A stretch of 64,000 nt of DNA from contig OZ176050.1 of assembly GCA_964247055.1 (NCBI GenBank), positions 12,400,001-12,464,000 of the forward strand. The letters are read 5' to 3'. The notes under the pieces are model-generated. The model was not told where the DNA came from. It worked only from the letters and a program-made list of their open reading frames with translations, and ran no database searches. This document shows positions 42,785-55,374 of the stretch, piece by piece. A program made the position numbers and the translations under genes. Within the stretch, counting starts at the first letter, position 1; every line of letters starts with the position of its first letter. Origin of the DNA: Paragordius varius (taxonomy: Eukaryota > Animalia > Nematomorpha).

Positions 42785-42955
42785 CATTTCACGCTGGTCC
42801 TTTAAAACTTCAAGTTGGTCCTGCATTTAAAGTTTCTCCTTTAACACAAGTAGGTCCATGTTGTGGTTTTTTAACACTTAAAGTTGCTTCCTTAAGCAGT
42901 CCTTTAACACTTCGAGTTTGAACATTTAAAGTTGTGCTTAAACATTTGTTAGTCA
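42785..42955. repeat. Degenerate short-period repeat (GGTCCTTTAA / CACTTAAAGTTG-like units)
   Basis: Recurrent TTTAAAGTT, GGTCC and CTTTAACAC motifs over about 170 bp. Confidence 0.5.
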
Positions 42956-44314
42956 TTGAGAATTTTAAGTTTGGGTATAACTATAATTTGCTGAAAGATT
43001 TATTATGTTTATTTTTATTGTAATATCTTTATATATTATATTTTTTACTAAATCACCAATTTTCATTCAAAAAATAATTTTTTGGTTTAAAATTTATTTT
43101 ATCCAACAGTATTTTTAACAAGGACCCACTTGAAAGCTAACATATTTGCAAAATATTTACTTTGAAACTTTCCTGAAAGCTTATGGAATATTTAAATTGA
43201 TTTATGCCAGGTCTTTCATTAGTATAGAAGCGTAGATTTAAGTAGAGCCATTTTTGAAATGATTCTTAGGTTATGCCTACTTAAAGGGCAAATGGGCAAA
43301 ACTGAATATGACGATGAAGTGAGGAAACATACGATAATTTTAGATTCAATCAAAATTTTTTAATTTTAACAAAACAGAAGTAAATTTCCCAAATTTAAGT
43401 TATTCAAATCATAAAATACAAAAAATATATATTAAAAGTAGCATCAGTTTGGGCTTTATAGTATTATTTATCCAAATACTCTTTACCGTTATTTCTCGGG
43501 AATATTATCTGATTTTAATTTCGTTATATAGAGAATATATATTTGAGACTTGTTTATAACTTAATTTATTATGAATTTCCTTACAGATTTAATTACAGCG
43601 AGGCGTGAAAGCTTACCTAATAATTTAATATTAAAATTTTATGACTTGAACAGTAAAATAATCATATATATTCACCATAAGTAAAAAATTAATAATTCAA
43701 TTCTATATATATAGAAAAACAAAAAAATTTTTGGATTTATAATTTATAATAAATTGTCATTTGTCAAACTAAAATTAACGATTTTTTCCAGTGACCTTAA
43801 AATTTACTTACTGAAAAGTTTTGTAAAAAATGCAGCTATAAGTTAACCAAATTTTTTTATAACATGCAATCTTTAACCTACACATAATTTGTTATACATT
43901 TATGAGTGGAAGAACAAGATAATATTCCCAACATTTTAATATTTTTATTATTCAAATTCTCACGATTTGCATAAATTAGCATATGTAAGAGATATGATGA
44001 TTTATAAAACAAATAGTCATCTCATACATGATGAATTTTATCAGTAATTTATGTATAAACAAAAGTAATGATCTCAACGATGTAATATACAATTACACGG
44101 GGTTATGGATGAATTGTCCTATTAAAACATTCATTATGGTCTGTAACCTTTAAAAGTTAATAGTATAAATAAAATTTATTAGTTTAAAAGAACAGTTCCA
44201 GCTTAAAAGGTAAAAAAAATGTTTGGCGTCGTAGAAAATGTATATTTGTTTCCTAAAAACTATGGGTTAAATCAGTGATGCTGACCAAAAAAATTTGAAA
44301 GACAGCAAAAAAAT

Positions 44315-44370
44315 TACAGTAAAAATTGAAATTATACGGACAAAAGGTAAAAATATAAAGACAAATATTA
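44315..44370. mobile_element. Solo left TIR of MITE family A
   Basis: TACAGTAAAAATTGAAATTATACGGACAAAAGGTAAAAATATAAAGACAAATATT with no matching right end. Confidence 0.7.
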
Positions 44371-44488
44371 TAAATATATAATTCAAAGATGTACGAATCA
44401 TAATGTTTTCTTCATTTTGTAGGTTTTGGGTGATTAAATTTTTTGGATATACAAATGGACGTTTAGATTTCCAAATTTGGGTTTAAAC

Positions 44489-44758
44489 CAGGAGTGTTCA
44501 ACAGGTGACCCTTAAAATTATTTTTGCGGCCCACGAAAATTTTTAAACACAAAATTTTACGAATTCTATGCAACATTGATTTTGTTAAACAAACTTTCTA
44601 AATTAAGCTTTCCAAATTCTGGCAATGAAAACTAGGGGAAAGTTAAAATATATAATAGATTTTACAGTCTTATATTTAAAATCTGATCAAAAATCTGTTA
44701 ATGCCGCCCATATATTTTGCGAATGCGGCCCGGAAGCCAATTGTGTTGGATACCCTTG
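44489..44758. mobile_element. hAT (Charlie-like) MITE
   Basis: TIRs CAGGAGTGTTCAAC / GTTGGATACCCTTG with internal GCGGCCC motifs; degenerate TSD GTTTAAAC / ATTTGAAC. Confidence 0.7.
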
Positions 44759-46557
44759 ATTTGAACGCTATAAAAGCGAAAATGAATGCAACGAAAATGC
44801 GCCAAACTCATTTTCGGTATTTGGTTAAAATAACTTAATAATTTTAATATATCATATTAATTTTACATATAAAAACACATACCATAGGTCGAAATTTTCA
44901 TTAATTTGCCTAGGGGGTTGCTTAAATTTAACGTTTTAAAATGAACAGCTTCGGATAATGAAATTAAATTAATTTTTAAATGATGCCAAAACTCGTCCAA
45001 GATCCTTGCATGCTCTAAATATTCTAATTTACTGAATTTTTATAATTTATTATCTAACTAAAATTGCCAAAAAAAATTATATTTATATTTAAATTAAATT
45101 TCTCTACCTTACGTTCTCCCCTTAAAACATTTATGGGATGTGTGCCTAACATTCTCTTTAAAGATAGGTAATTATTATATATTAAAATTATACATATCAT
45201 TTTTTAAATTATCTTTTAAAATGGTCATCCACGCTCTAATACTCATTAGAATTCTTTAAACAACTGTCACCACAAAGCAGATGCTATTTTTTTTACCTAT
45301 GATTTTTTTCTCTCCAGGGAGTTAAGCTTATATTATTTACATATTTAAGAATAATGCAATGCTTTTTTATATACGTTAATGATGTGGACATTTATTATAC
45401 TAATTAGCATGCAAAAGAGATTTTAGCGGTAAAAATTGCAAATTATAAAATGATGGTAATGGTGTGCGCGACGCGGGAGTTTTGGATTTTATATATATTA
45501 TAAATTATTTATTATATGGGGACATCTTAAAATATAAATAATTTATCATACCAAAATTAAAATAATATAATTATGTTAATAAGATGATGAGGAATAAAAA
45601 AGATTATAATTTTCATTTAATTATATTAGCATATTTTTTTTATCTTAATTGAGCTAACACAGTGGGAACCAAATTTAAGAGATGGCGCTTGTTGTTTTAA
45701 TCATAGAAATCGGCTATGTAATTTCGAAAATATCTATTTTAATGCCGCTTTAAAACTAGAAACTTTAAAATTATAAGAAACAAAAGCCAAAATTATACCG
45801 TTTGACTGAAAAATGGCCTACAAAAAATAGTTCAAAAAATAAGGTTTTAAACAATTAACGCAACTAAGTGATTCGTTGATTTATATTAATTAATTGTGGG
45901 CTATTTCTCTTTTTTTGTATCCGAAAGTATTAATATTCATTAAGAGACATAAATAAAGTATTATTTTTCGGTCTGAATCTAGAACATAAAAAATGATTTT
46001 GTCGACAAATGAATCCTTAAAGTTAAATATAAACGTATAATTTATTGAACAGGTTACCAGATTTATAAACTCCGCATAAACTATCGATAAAAATCAAAAA
46101 ATAATGATTTTTAGGCAACTAAACAGCCGTTTCATGGTTTAGGCTAAAATTTCAACAACATTTATTTTTTTATACATATATTTATGCACGTTTCTACTAA
46201 TGATATTAAGTAACTCTCTCTCACTCTCTCTCTTCTTTTTTTATAAATGCTTTTGGATCGGTCGGCAATTATTAAAGGTAACAATATAATTATTTTTTAT
46301 AAATTAGAATCATATATTTATTTACATATCATACAATAAATACATTATATATATAGGAAACTAAATTGAAATATCAATTCATTCCATTTAAATAATTTTC
46401 ATTAAATCTAAAACAATTCTCACTTTATGTAAAACCCCACTATGCTACCTGATGTTAGCGTTTTGATTAATCAATTGATAAGCACATATATTTTTCTTCT
46501 CCAATTTAAAATATTTGGGATTCAAAATTTTGTGAATCCTTCATTGTGTTGTTAACA

Positions 46558-47837
46558 TCAAGAATTCATCATAACATATACTTGACCGATATTATCGTAA
46601 TCATATGTTCGGTTTAAAAATGTATCTATTAACCGGATTCCAGATATTGACTAAAAGAAAATACTTTAATTATCAAAACCGATTTTGTAGATAAACATAG
46701 AAATTAAGAAGTAAAAATTACGCAACTTAAAAATCTAATACAATATTCAAACTTAAAAAATAAGTTTTATAAATAAATGTAATGCAAATAAATATAAATG
46801 CCGCCATATTCTATAATTAATTCTTTGAATGTTAACATAATCCGTATTTTAAACATGATTAAAAAGTTTGACAGATCAATATAAAAAAGTGTAATATGCA
46901 TCAAAAATAAATGGATTTAACTTTAAATCCAGGTCGTGTGGCATAAAGAGTAAAGTTTAAAACATTAAAGCAATTAGGTTCAAGTTTTCCCACATGTTTC
47001 CTCAGAATTCCGATCCAATACATATTTTGCGGTTCGTTAAAATCATCAATCAATTCCAAATCTAAGTCCATACTTCGTTCACTAAAAAAAAGATAAGTAG
47101 TAAAAGAAATATATTTTTAAATAGCCTATTTTACATTATGTAAGTCAAAAAATCATAATTTAGGATTTTTTGGATATTCAAAAACAGAAATTTTCAAAAA
47201 ACTGTTAATGCACCATAATTTAGTGAACAATAGTACCAATGACCCAGGATGCGTATTAAAATATTATAAAAACTATTATATGTGGCGTTTTGTGTTCCAA
47301 TAATTTTGTAGGCTTAAAAGTTTTTCAAAAAATTAAGATTATCAACATAGCTATAAAAGCGTATTAAATGCGCCGAAATAGTCAAGTCACTTTTTAATAA
47401 TGGTTAAGAAAATTTCGTTTTTATAACTATTGTATAAGTCCAAAATCGTGCCTTGAAGCAATTTTTTGTAAAAGGGGTAGTAAAACCTATTTAAATATAA
47501 TGGCATATACATATAATTTTTATATGCGTTAAATATAGTCACACCTTGAACTAGCGCCTCGAATTGGGTCTACTCCGTGTTTAATTGATTATTGCAAAAA
47601 ATAAAGTCTTCAAAAATATGTTTGAAAGCGATTTCTCTGAAAAACTTATAGGGCCATATAAAATATATGATTTTAGTTTTTCTTTTATATAAGTAAAGAT
47701 TATGGTTAAATGCGTTTTTTTAAGGTGCATTTGGTAAAGACCTTCGCCCTATATAAAATACGCTTTTACATAACGTGACTTTGAAACAATAATGGAAAAA
47801 ACATGGCGCCTAATTTTCATTCGGCCATTTACATTTT

Positions 47838-47878
<41 letters not shown>

Positions 47879-50800
47879 TTTTAAAACGTCGCTTTGATTA
47901 GGAATTTATATTTAACGGCAATTTTATTTTTTTGATGCAGACTTTTGAGAAGAATTAAAAAAATAAAATTATATAATTTACTCACGTGAAATTGGTAAAA
48001 CGGCAAATAACTTCAAACGTTTCTTCAACGCCAGCTTGATCGGGTATCTGTTCGATTTGGCAAAATATATCGGGTACCACTGTAGGCTAAAAATTTATAA
48101 GTACCTATTATAGGCGCTTTTATTGTGATTAAAATTAATTGTATGTAAGCATTGTTAATCATTAATGAAAAAATCGTGATTCTGAATAAATCTGTGTCAG
48201 GAAAAATTATTATAATGTATATTTGTTTTATGAAATTTATTTAGCCCTTTTTGTTTAGTTCAGGGGTCAAAAGTTAATGAAATGAATATCAATCTATTTA
48301 AATCCATATTTGTTCAAAAATTCAATTGATTCACAATCAGCCTGTAAAAAACAGTTAATCAGTTTCATTATCAATTTAAAATCTTTGATAGGATATCTCA
48401 TGAGTCACCTTGATTAAGTAAAATTATTTTCACTTTTTTAAAAAAAATCAATATTTTTATAAAAAAAGTAAATCTAATAAAATTAATCAAAAACTGCTTT
48501 TATAAAAAAAGTAAACAAATTCAAATCAGAAACTGCTTTTATAGGCTAAAATGAATACGATGCGCATAGTTTTATTTCAATTTAAAAATTAATTTTAAAA
48601 TACCAGTCTATGTAAAGGGCTAGTTTGTAAGGCACCCTTTTCACCATATGGGCCACGCCATCCTATCTGGAGCTTTCCAACTTCTGTAACTAATTTGTGT
48701 TTCGATAAGGAAAATATAATAAACTGAAATTTAAATAAAAATACTTTTAAGGATAATTGAAAATTAATAATGTACAAATCATCATAGAACTAGCTTTTGC
48801 CATTTAAATCGCTTAATTATATCATAGAATAATAAAGAGAGAAATACTCAGGGGTAAAATATTCTAAAATCATGGTAGATAACAGTTGGGCCATATATAT
48901 AATAGCAGGGGTAGAAATGTAAAAAAATTACTTTTAAAATCAATTTCAAAAACTCAAAAAGATTTAATGATTATAAATTTGTCCTGCACATAGCAAACAG
49001 TAAAACAAAGGTAGTTTTTAGTGGCGGAAAGAGATAGACATACATTACTACAACATAATTCGACATAGAAAACAAACATGTTCACTTGAATATAATTTTT
49101 AGATTTCCTTTAAATGGTTCTTTCCTGCTCAACAAGAAATAATATTAGTATCAGAATTTTGTCCATGCGATATAATATATTTGTAATATGTTTGAAGAAT
49201 ATGAAAATAATACGCACAAGGGCTACTTTGTACCCATAAATTATGCCGACCCTTCTTAAAATACAAAAAACATATTCCGCAACAGAAGAAAGAGATATGA
49301 TTTTGTGATTAATTTGGACAAATGTGGATTAAACCTTTATACCATGAGTGGCTCTAGAAAGAAGCTATCCGGAAAATGTGTAATTATTAAACACACCCCC
49401 AAACACACTTAAACGCTATATAAAGAATGATCGGTTTTTATTAAAATTAACGGTTATTAAATATGAAATTAAACTGGAAATTATATGATGCCGAATTTTA
49501 AAATTCTAGGGGATGGTATATATGATAATTTCAAGCCCATATTTTATAGGATTATTCAATCGGCAAAATATAAACATTCCATTTTCATCCCTCTATAAAG
49601 GATAACTTTTTTTATATTAGTAATTGAATTTAAACGAAAACAAACCCAATGGAAAACATTTTTGCCAACATTATATATTGATGACATGATATTTATTTAA
49701 TACCTTACACTAACGAAAATTGTATAATAAATAGATGATATAAAAGATAAAACATATAACTTACTTAATAATGCCTCTTTACTTAGGATTGGTTTTTGTC
49801 TAATGTAAAGTCCAAACAAATATTGACGCACATCATTGGGCATAAGGCAATTGATATCGTTGAAGATTAACCTGGAGAAAAAACAAAAATTCTTTATAGT
49901 TTAAAATAATTTTATCAAATTTCATAATTAAATAAATTTCTACTGAGTTTCATCTTTGGAATGATAATTAAAATCTTTAACGATATAGTTGGGATGTGGT
50001 AACAAACTCATTTGTTCCAAAACCATAGGATTCGATGTTAAATTTTGGACTTGCGTTTCCAAGTAAACTTGTCCATTCTGCGTAAAAGAGAAATAGGAGT
50101 TTATAAGGTTTCGTCATAAAGCGTAAATGACATTAAATATTTAGCAATATAATAAAGATGCTAAATAAAACTTATGAATTCCTCTAAATTTTATACAATT
50201 TTTCTAACATACATACAGAGCCGCATAAAAACTATTTAAAAAGCGCCTAAAATCCAATTGGTAAGTGCTAACAATTTTCCATTTGTAAAATAAGGCTCCA
50301 ATATTAAATATTCGAATTATACTTTTCGATAATTGATTATATTATATAAATGAAAATTACCTCTAAAAAAATTTTATGTTTATAAAGAGTCATGATTCAA
50401 AAAATCCATTATTTTTTTATAGTATTCATTAGATGGGTAGTTGACAGCTTTAATATTAATAATCTTTAGTGAACACATTTTTTTTCTTCCCCTCTATTCG
50501 TCTGTTGGGCTTTTTATCATAGCTACTTTTATTGAGATATAAATACATGAATAAAATATTGTTTATTAACATACATCAGAATTGTAAAATTTCGTTTTGA
50601 CATCCAGTGGTTTGTTGACTTGAAACTTAAAAAACTTTTTGAGTTGTAAAACATTACTGTCATCTTTTCCCGCGTTGGATGACACTACATCAGGCTTAAG
50701 GGTGTATTGAACTTCGCATATTAACCTGAAAAATATATAATTCAATTTAGTTTTTAAATCAAAAAAAATATTTTATTTAAAATTAAATTTGATTGCACAA

Positions 50801-51356
50801 AAATGCCTACACATGAGGGCCCAGTTCCTTAACTTCGTGAGATACAATGCTGTCAAAATTTGTTTTAGCACCAATCTCATTGGGTGTGCTAGAATTATTT
50901 TCGGTGGCAAAAATGCATAGTTTTTGAGTTGTGGTTTGGACATATATCTGTTGTAAAACAATTATGAAGTCAAGTAATTATTTTATAATATTTTTAAAAA
51001 TTACCATTAATGATACATTGTAAACACTTTGATCGGACATGGGATTGTGTATAGTGACGTAAGCTTTGAATGTTTCGCCTAAATAAATGGTCCTATTATA
51101 TTTAGACATAAAAATACCCAAATGTTTGAGGCAATTTCATACGTAAACCAAGTGATGAGGGATATTCCAAGTCAGAATTCGTATTACAATTGGCTTCTAA
51201 ATCGTATTTCATTTGATCGTAACAATAATCTTGCTGCTCCCCGATGGCATAAAGATTTGAATTAAAATGTGGAACTGATAATCTCATAACTACATAATTA
51301 AAGTAATATATAACACCTTTTAATTCTATGTACTGTTTATCGGCTATTATACTCAT
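46558..51356 (-). CDS. TRAPPC13: Trafficking protein particle complex subunit 13. Exons 51356-51317, 51289-51118, 51092-51005, 50947-50811, 50725-50575, 50077-49944, 49871-49765, 48689-48604, 48086-47986, 47081-46922, 46650-46558; 422 aa
   Basis: The spliced translation follows TRAPPC13 collinearly: LKVMRL..P, LPQTFG-TIYLGETF, HEVKELGPHVLIC, KKFFKFQVNKPLDVKTKFYN, VYLETQVQNLTSNPM, LMPNDVRQYLF, VGKLQIGWRGPYGEKGALQTSPLHR, IPDQAGVEETF, ERSMDL, SISGIRLIDTFLNRTYDYDNIGQVYV*. All 10 introns are GT-AG and exon lengths sum to 1269 nt (423 codons). Confidence 0.93.
47840..47874. repeat. (TA)n microsatellite in a TRAPPC13 intron
   Basis: Direct reading. Confidence 0.9.
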
Positions 51357-51453
51357 TGTGGCGTTTCTAAATTTTAAATTTTGTTACTAATAAAGCATGC
51401 AAATATTTTTCACATGTTAAATTTACTTTCCTCGTTTCGACCCTTGTTGTCAT
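51357..51453. promoter_or_regulatory. 97-nt spacer between divergent TRAPPC13 and numb start codons (putative bidirectional promoter or overlapping 5' UTRs)
   Basis: ATG at 51356 (-) and ATG at 51454 (+). Upstream of the numb ATG the frame is closed by TAA, with no AG acceptor between that stop and the ATG. Confidence 0.55.
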
Positions 51454-52784
51454 ATGGAGCGGTTGAGGCGTAGCTTTAGAGACAGTTTTCGAAAACACAA
51501 GAAAAATACTCATAAAAATAATACACTTGAAATCTCAAAGCCTATTGAATGGCAAGCGGATGAAATAGCTGTAAAATCTGGATCCTGCAACTTCCAAGTC
51601 AAGGTAAAAATATTTTTTATAATGTGTTTGAGTTTTTTATTCAATTTTTTTATCAAAATTAATTTAATTATTCTTTTTTAAACAGTATTTAGGATGTACC
51701 GAAGTTTTTGAATCAAGGGGCATGCAAGTTTGTGAGGAAGCTTTTAAAGTTTTAAAAGTAACTTTCAATTTTGTAGCAACCTTAATTGCTTTAACTGTTT
51801 CATACTAAATTATTACCTTATTTTTTAATTTTTTAGCGTGGAACTAAAAAACCTATACGATCAGTCTTGCATGTCAGTGGTGAAGCCCTTAGAGTTGTTG
51901 ATAAAGACTCAAAGGTTAGCTCTTAGATAAGATTTACCAATTTGATAATCATAATTTTCTCTGCTTTTTTATTTTTTCGTTAGATTTTAAAATTCGGTTG
52001 TAAATATGGTTTGCTGAAAATTTCGGCTTTTCACCTTCAAATCATTGATTTGGACACGAATGTAAGTAGTTTATTTGTGTCCATCCGTTCTCTTGTCCCT
52101 ATTTATTTTCATATTTGTCCCATCACTGTAGTTTTATATTTTTTGTCGCAAACTATTTAAATTTTATTTTTTTATAGCTCAATTTTAAAATAAAACGTGT
52201 TTTTTGAAAATATTCACTGTGTTTATAAATATGAAATCTACAGAAAGTACGAAATTTTATGTGACAAATAAAACTTTATTCCGCATAGAATTTCATTTAC
52301 TAACATTTTGTGGTGATTTAAAAATGAAAACTTGTAACAAGAAATTTAATTTTTTGGTTTTATGGTTATTAATTTTTATTTATTTTTTATTAAATTATAA
52401 TAATTGTCTAGGTCTTTTGAGAATTTTTGAATATCTTCAGACTAAATTTTCCCAAATTATTTTAGAACTTTTCATTATTTTAATAAAATGGTCGGATAAT
52501 TAATATTTTGATTTTACCTAATTTCATAATATAAATTTTTATTTACGTAATATATCATAAATTTGCTCAACGCATTTACGAAGGTTAATTTGTTTTATAA
52601 AATTAGAGTTAGATTTTATAGATAAATTGGGAATATCATATATAAATATTATACATTGTTTATATTTTTTATGTGGTGTAACAGTCAATCTGATTTGCGT
52701 TGTGATTTTATTACATTCTATCAATATTTTAGCTATTATCTTTATATATAAATATAAAATATCTTTTGGCAATTTGGGAAGACA

Positions 52785-52824
<40 letters not shown>

Positions 52825-55339
52825 TTTTATGTCTGATTTTGTTCATATTTTTAATTATTTAAATTACAACTAATTTAAATATTTTAGTCATGGTTCATAG
52901 ATGGTCTGTTCTCTGCTTTAAAATTGACTAAAAATATATTTAACGTCAAGGTATAAGGAAAAACAAGGGCGATATTTGTAATCATTTTTAAGGGCTGAAT
53001 AATGTTGAATTTCATCAGATATTATCGAATTCAATGGTTAATTAAAATTTTGATATAAATTAGGGTAGCTTAATTTAGACCAGGCTAAATCATAAAATAG
53101 AAAAAAATCTAAGTATTTAAGGGCATTCAGTGGTGTTCATATTTTTAAATTAATTGAAGGCATTCCATATTTTTGTAATTATTTGATTTCGGGGTATTTA
53201 TCTACCTCAATTCGTATCGAAGGGCATCCATATTTTTTCTTGACTATTTAGTTTTGTTGTCGGTAAAATTAATTTGGATCTTGACAAAAAATTTAAATTT
53301 TTAAACTGGATTTGCTTTCTTATGATATTTTATTTTTGTTTTTCTTTTCACACATAAAATTGTCGTAATGTGTCATTGTCACACACACCACGCGTTAAAA
53401 ATCCTTTTTTACTTTAATTATATATTATTTTTTATTTTTCATTTTAAATTAGATTATGTACATAATAACTATCTATGTATTGTAGCCTGAGGGATTTTTT
53501 GCAAAATGAAATGTATTTAGTTACTTATCCATATTAATTTTTCATGCGTGTTAATAAACTTTTTCTTTTTGTTTTTAAACGGGAAAATGTGATCAATAAT
53601 ATTATGATTTCAAGAGTCCTTATATAAAAGTATTGATTCTATCATCATTAATATTATGTGACTTGTCTTTTCTATTATTCTTCTTAATTTTTCTCGTAGA
53701 ATATATTATAAGTAAACTGTAACTTTATAAGTATCCTGACTTGTTACAAATGTATACAGTAGTATTAAAAAAATGTTGCTTTTTACAAAAATAATTGGGC
53801 GATCCTGTTTTAAATTTGAGTTTTAAATGATCAGTTAAAGTGTTGAGTATTTTTAAAATTGACATTTTTAAAGTTGAAATAAACATTATTCGTTAATATA
53901 TGTATATATGAGTATTTAGATGGCCTTATTTTTTAACCTTAAACATGCATGATATTGTGATGAGTTTGATTTATATTTTGACTTGGAATTTGGACTTTTG
54001 TTAATCTCAACGAAATTCCCTAATAATAAGTACAGAAATACGGACAAAGCGTAAAAATATAAAGACAGATATTTTTTTAGAGATACCCATACTTTTTAAT
54101 CTTAATTTTTATAAATTATATCTGATTGTTTTAAACTTCAAAGTATAAATTAGAAATGTATAATTGGTAACACATTCAATTTTATAATTTACAGTGTTAA
54201 TTAAATATTTTATATAAGAAAAGTTATAAGATTTAAAAAAGTATGGTTGATTGTCTCATGAAAAAAAAAAATTTTATTATTACGTTATGTCCTAATTTCA
54301 ATTTTTACTGTGAGTTTTTAAAAGTTATTATATAAAGCAGTTAGTTTTTGAATTTATTAAAAAAAAACCGTGTTTTTAAGTAATATTAACTTAAATTAGT
54401 GCTCTTTATTTCTTAATAATATGAAATAACTTTAATATTAAAGCGTCTGTAATACAATATATATGAAAAATTTGTAGGGACTAATTGTCGATCAAACGAT
54501 AGAAAAAGTTAGTTTTTGCGCACCTGATCGGAATTACGATCGTGGATTTTCTTACATTTGCCGGGATGGAGCTACGCGACGATGGCTATGTCATGGCTTT
54601 ATGGCTTACAAATATTCGGTAACATAACTTAATTTTTCTTAATTAATTGCTTTTTTGAAATTTAAAACTGTATATTTTTTGCTGCATAAAAAACTATAAA
54701 GATTAATTAATTACTTTAGTGCATAACATTGGTATTAGGAATGGTTTATTATTATTATAATTAAGAAATAGATTGAGGATAGGGTAGTTATATTGGTAAA
54801 GAATTGTCTGGAAACAATATATATATTAATTTAAAACCTATAAAGGTATAAATACTGTACATTGTAAAATTTCGATAACTCTGAATATTCAATAATATTT
54901 TTAAAAAGGGACATGATTCATTCAAAATGATATAAGAAAAAATTGCATCTGATTATGTAATAATAAATCTTTGCCCTTTTAATTATAATTAAATTAGTTT
55001 TTGCACTTTTTAATTATCCTGTACTTGTTACAAATAGAAACAAGGTCCTATCGCCATGTTCAATCGAGGTGCACGAGTTAAGGTAAGTAAGATTATTATT
55101 TCTTCGTTATCTTTCCAATAACTTTGATTGTGTTTCTACTCTGCCTGTTTTTCTTGGGAATTTTATTGCACATTTGATTATTACACTGTTTTCTGCACAT
55201 TATTACTTTCTCAGTTTATGATCACTTCCTAAACTCTATCATTTGCCTTATTTTCCTCCTAAAGCTTTTCTTTCTTTACTAATATGAATTAATCTTAAAT
55301 AATCTCCTAGATTTGGGTTTTTACCATGCTTTATTAAGC

Positions 55340-55374
<35 letters not shown>

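Noticed and set aside
51079-51142. Alternative normal-sized 64-nt TRAPPC13 intron (c|gtatga..tttag|) that would avoid the 25-nt intron
   Set aside because: It keeps frame but deletes MKLPQTFG-TIYL, the most conserved TRAPPC13 motif, which is preserved here. It is not formally excluded without RNA data.
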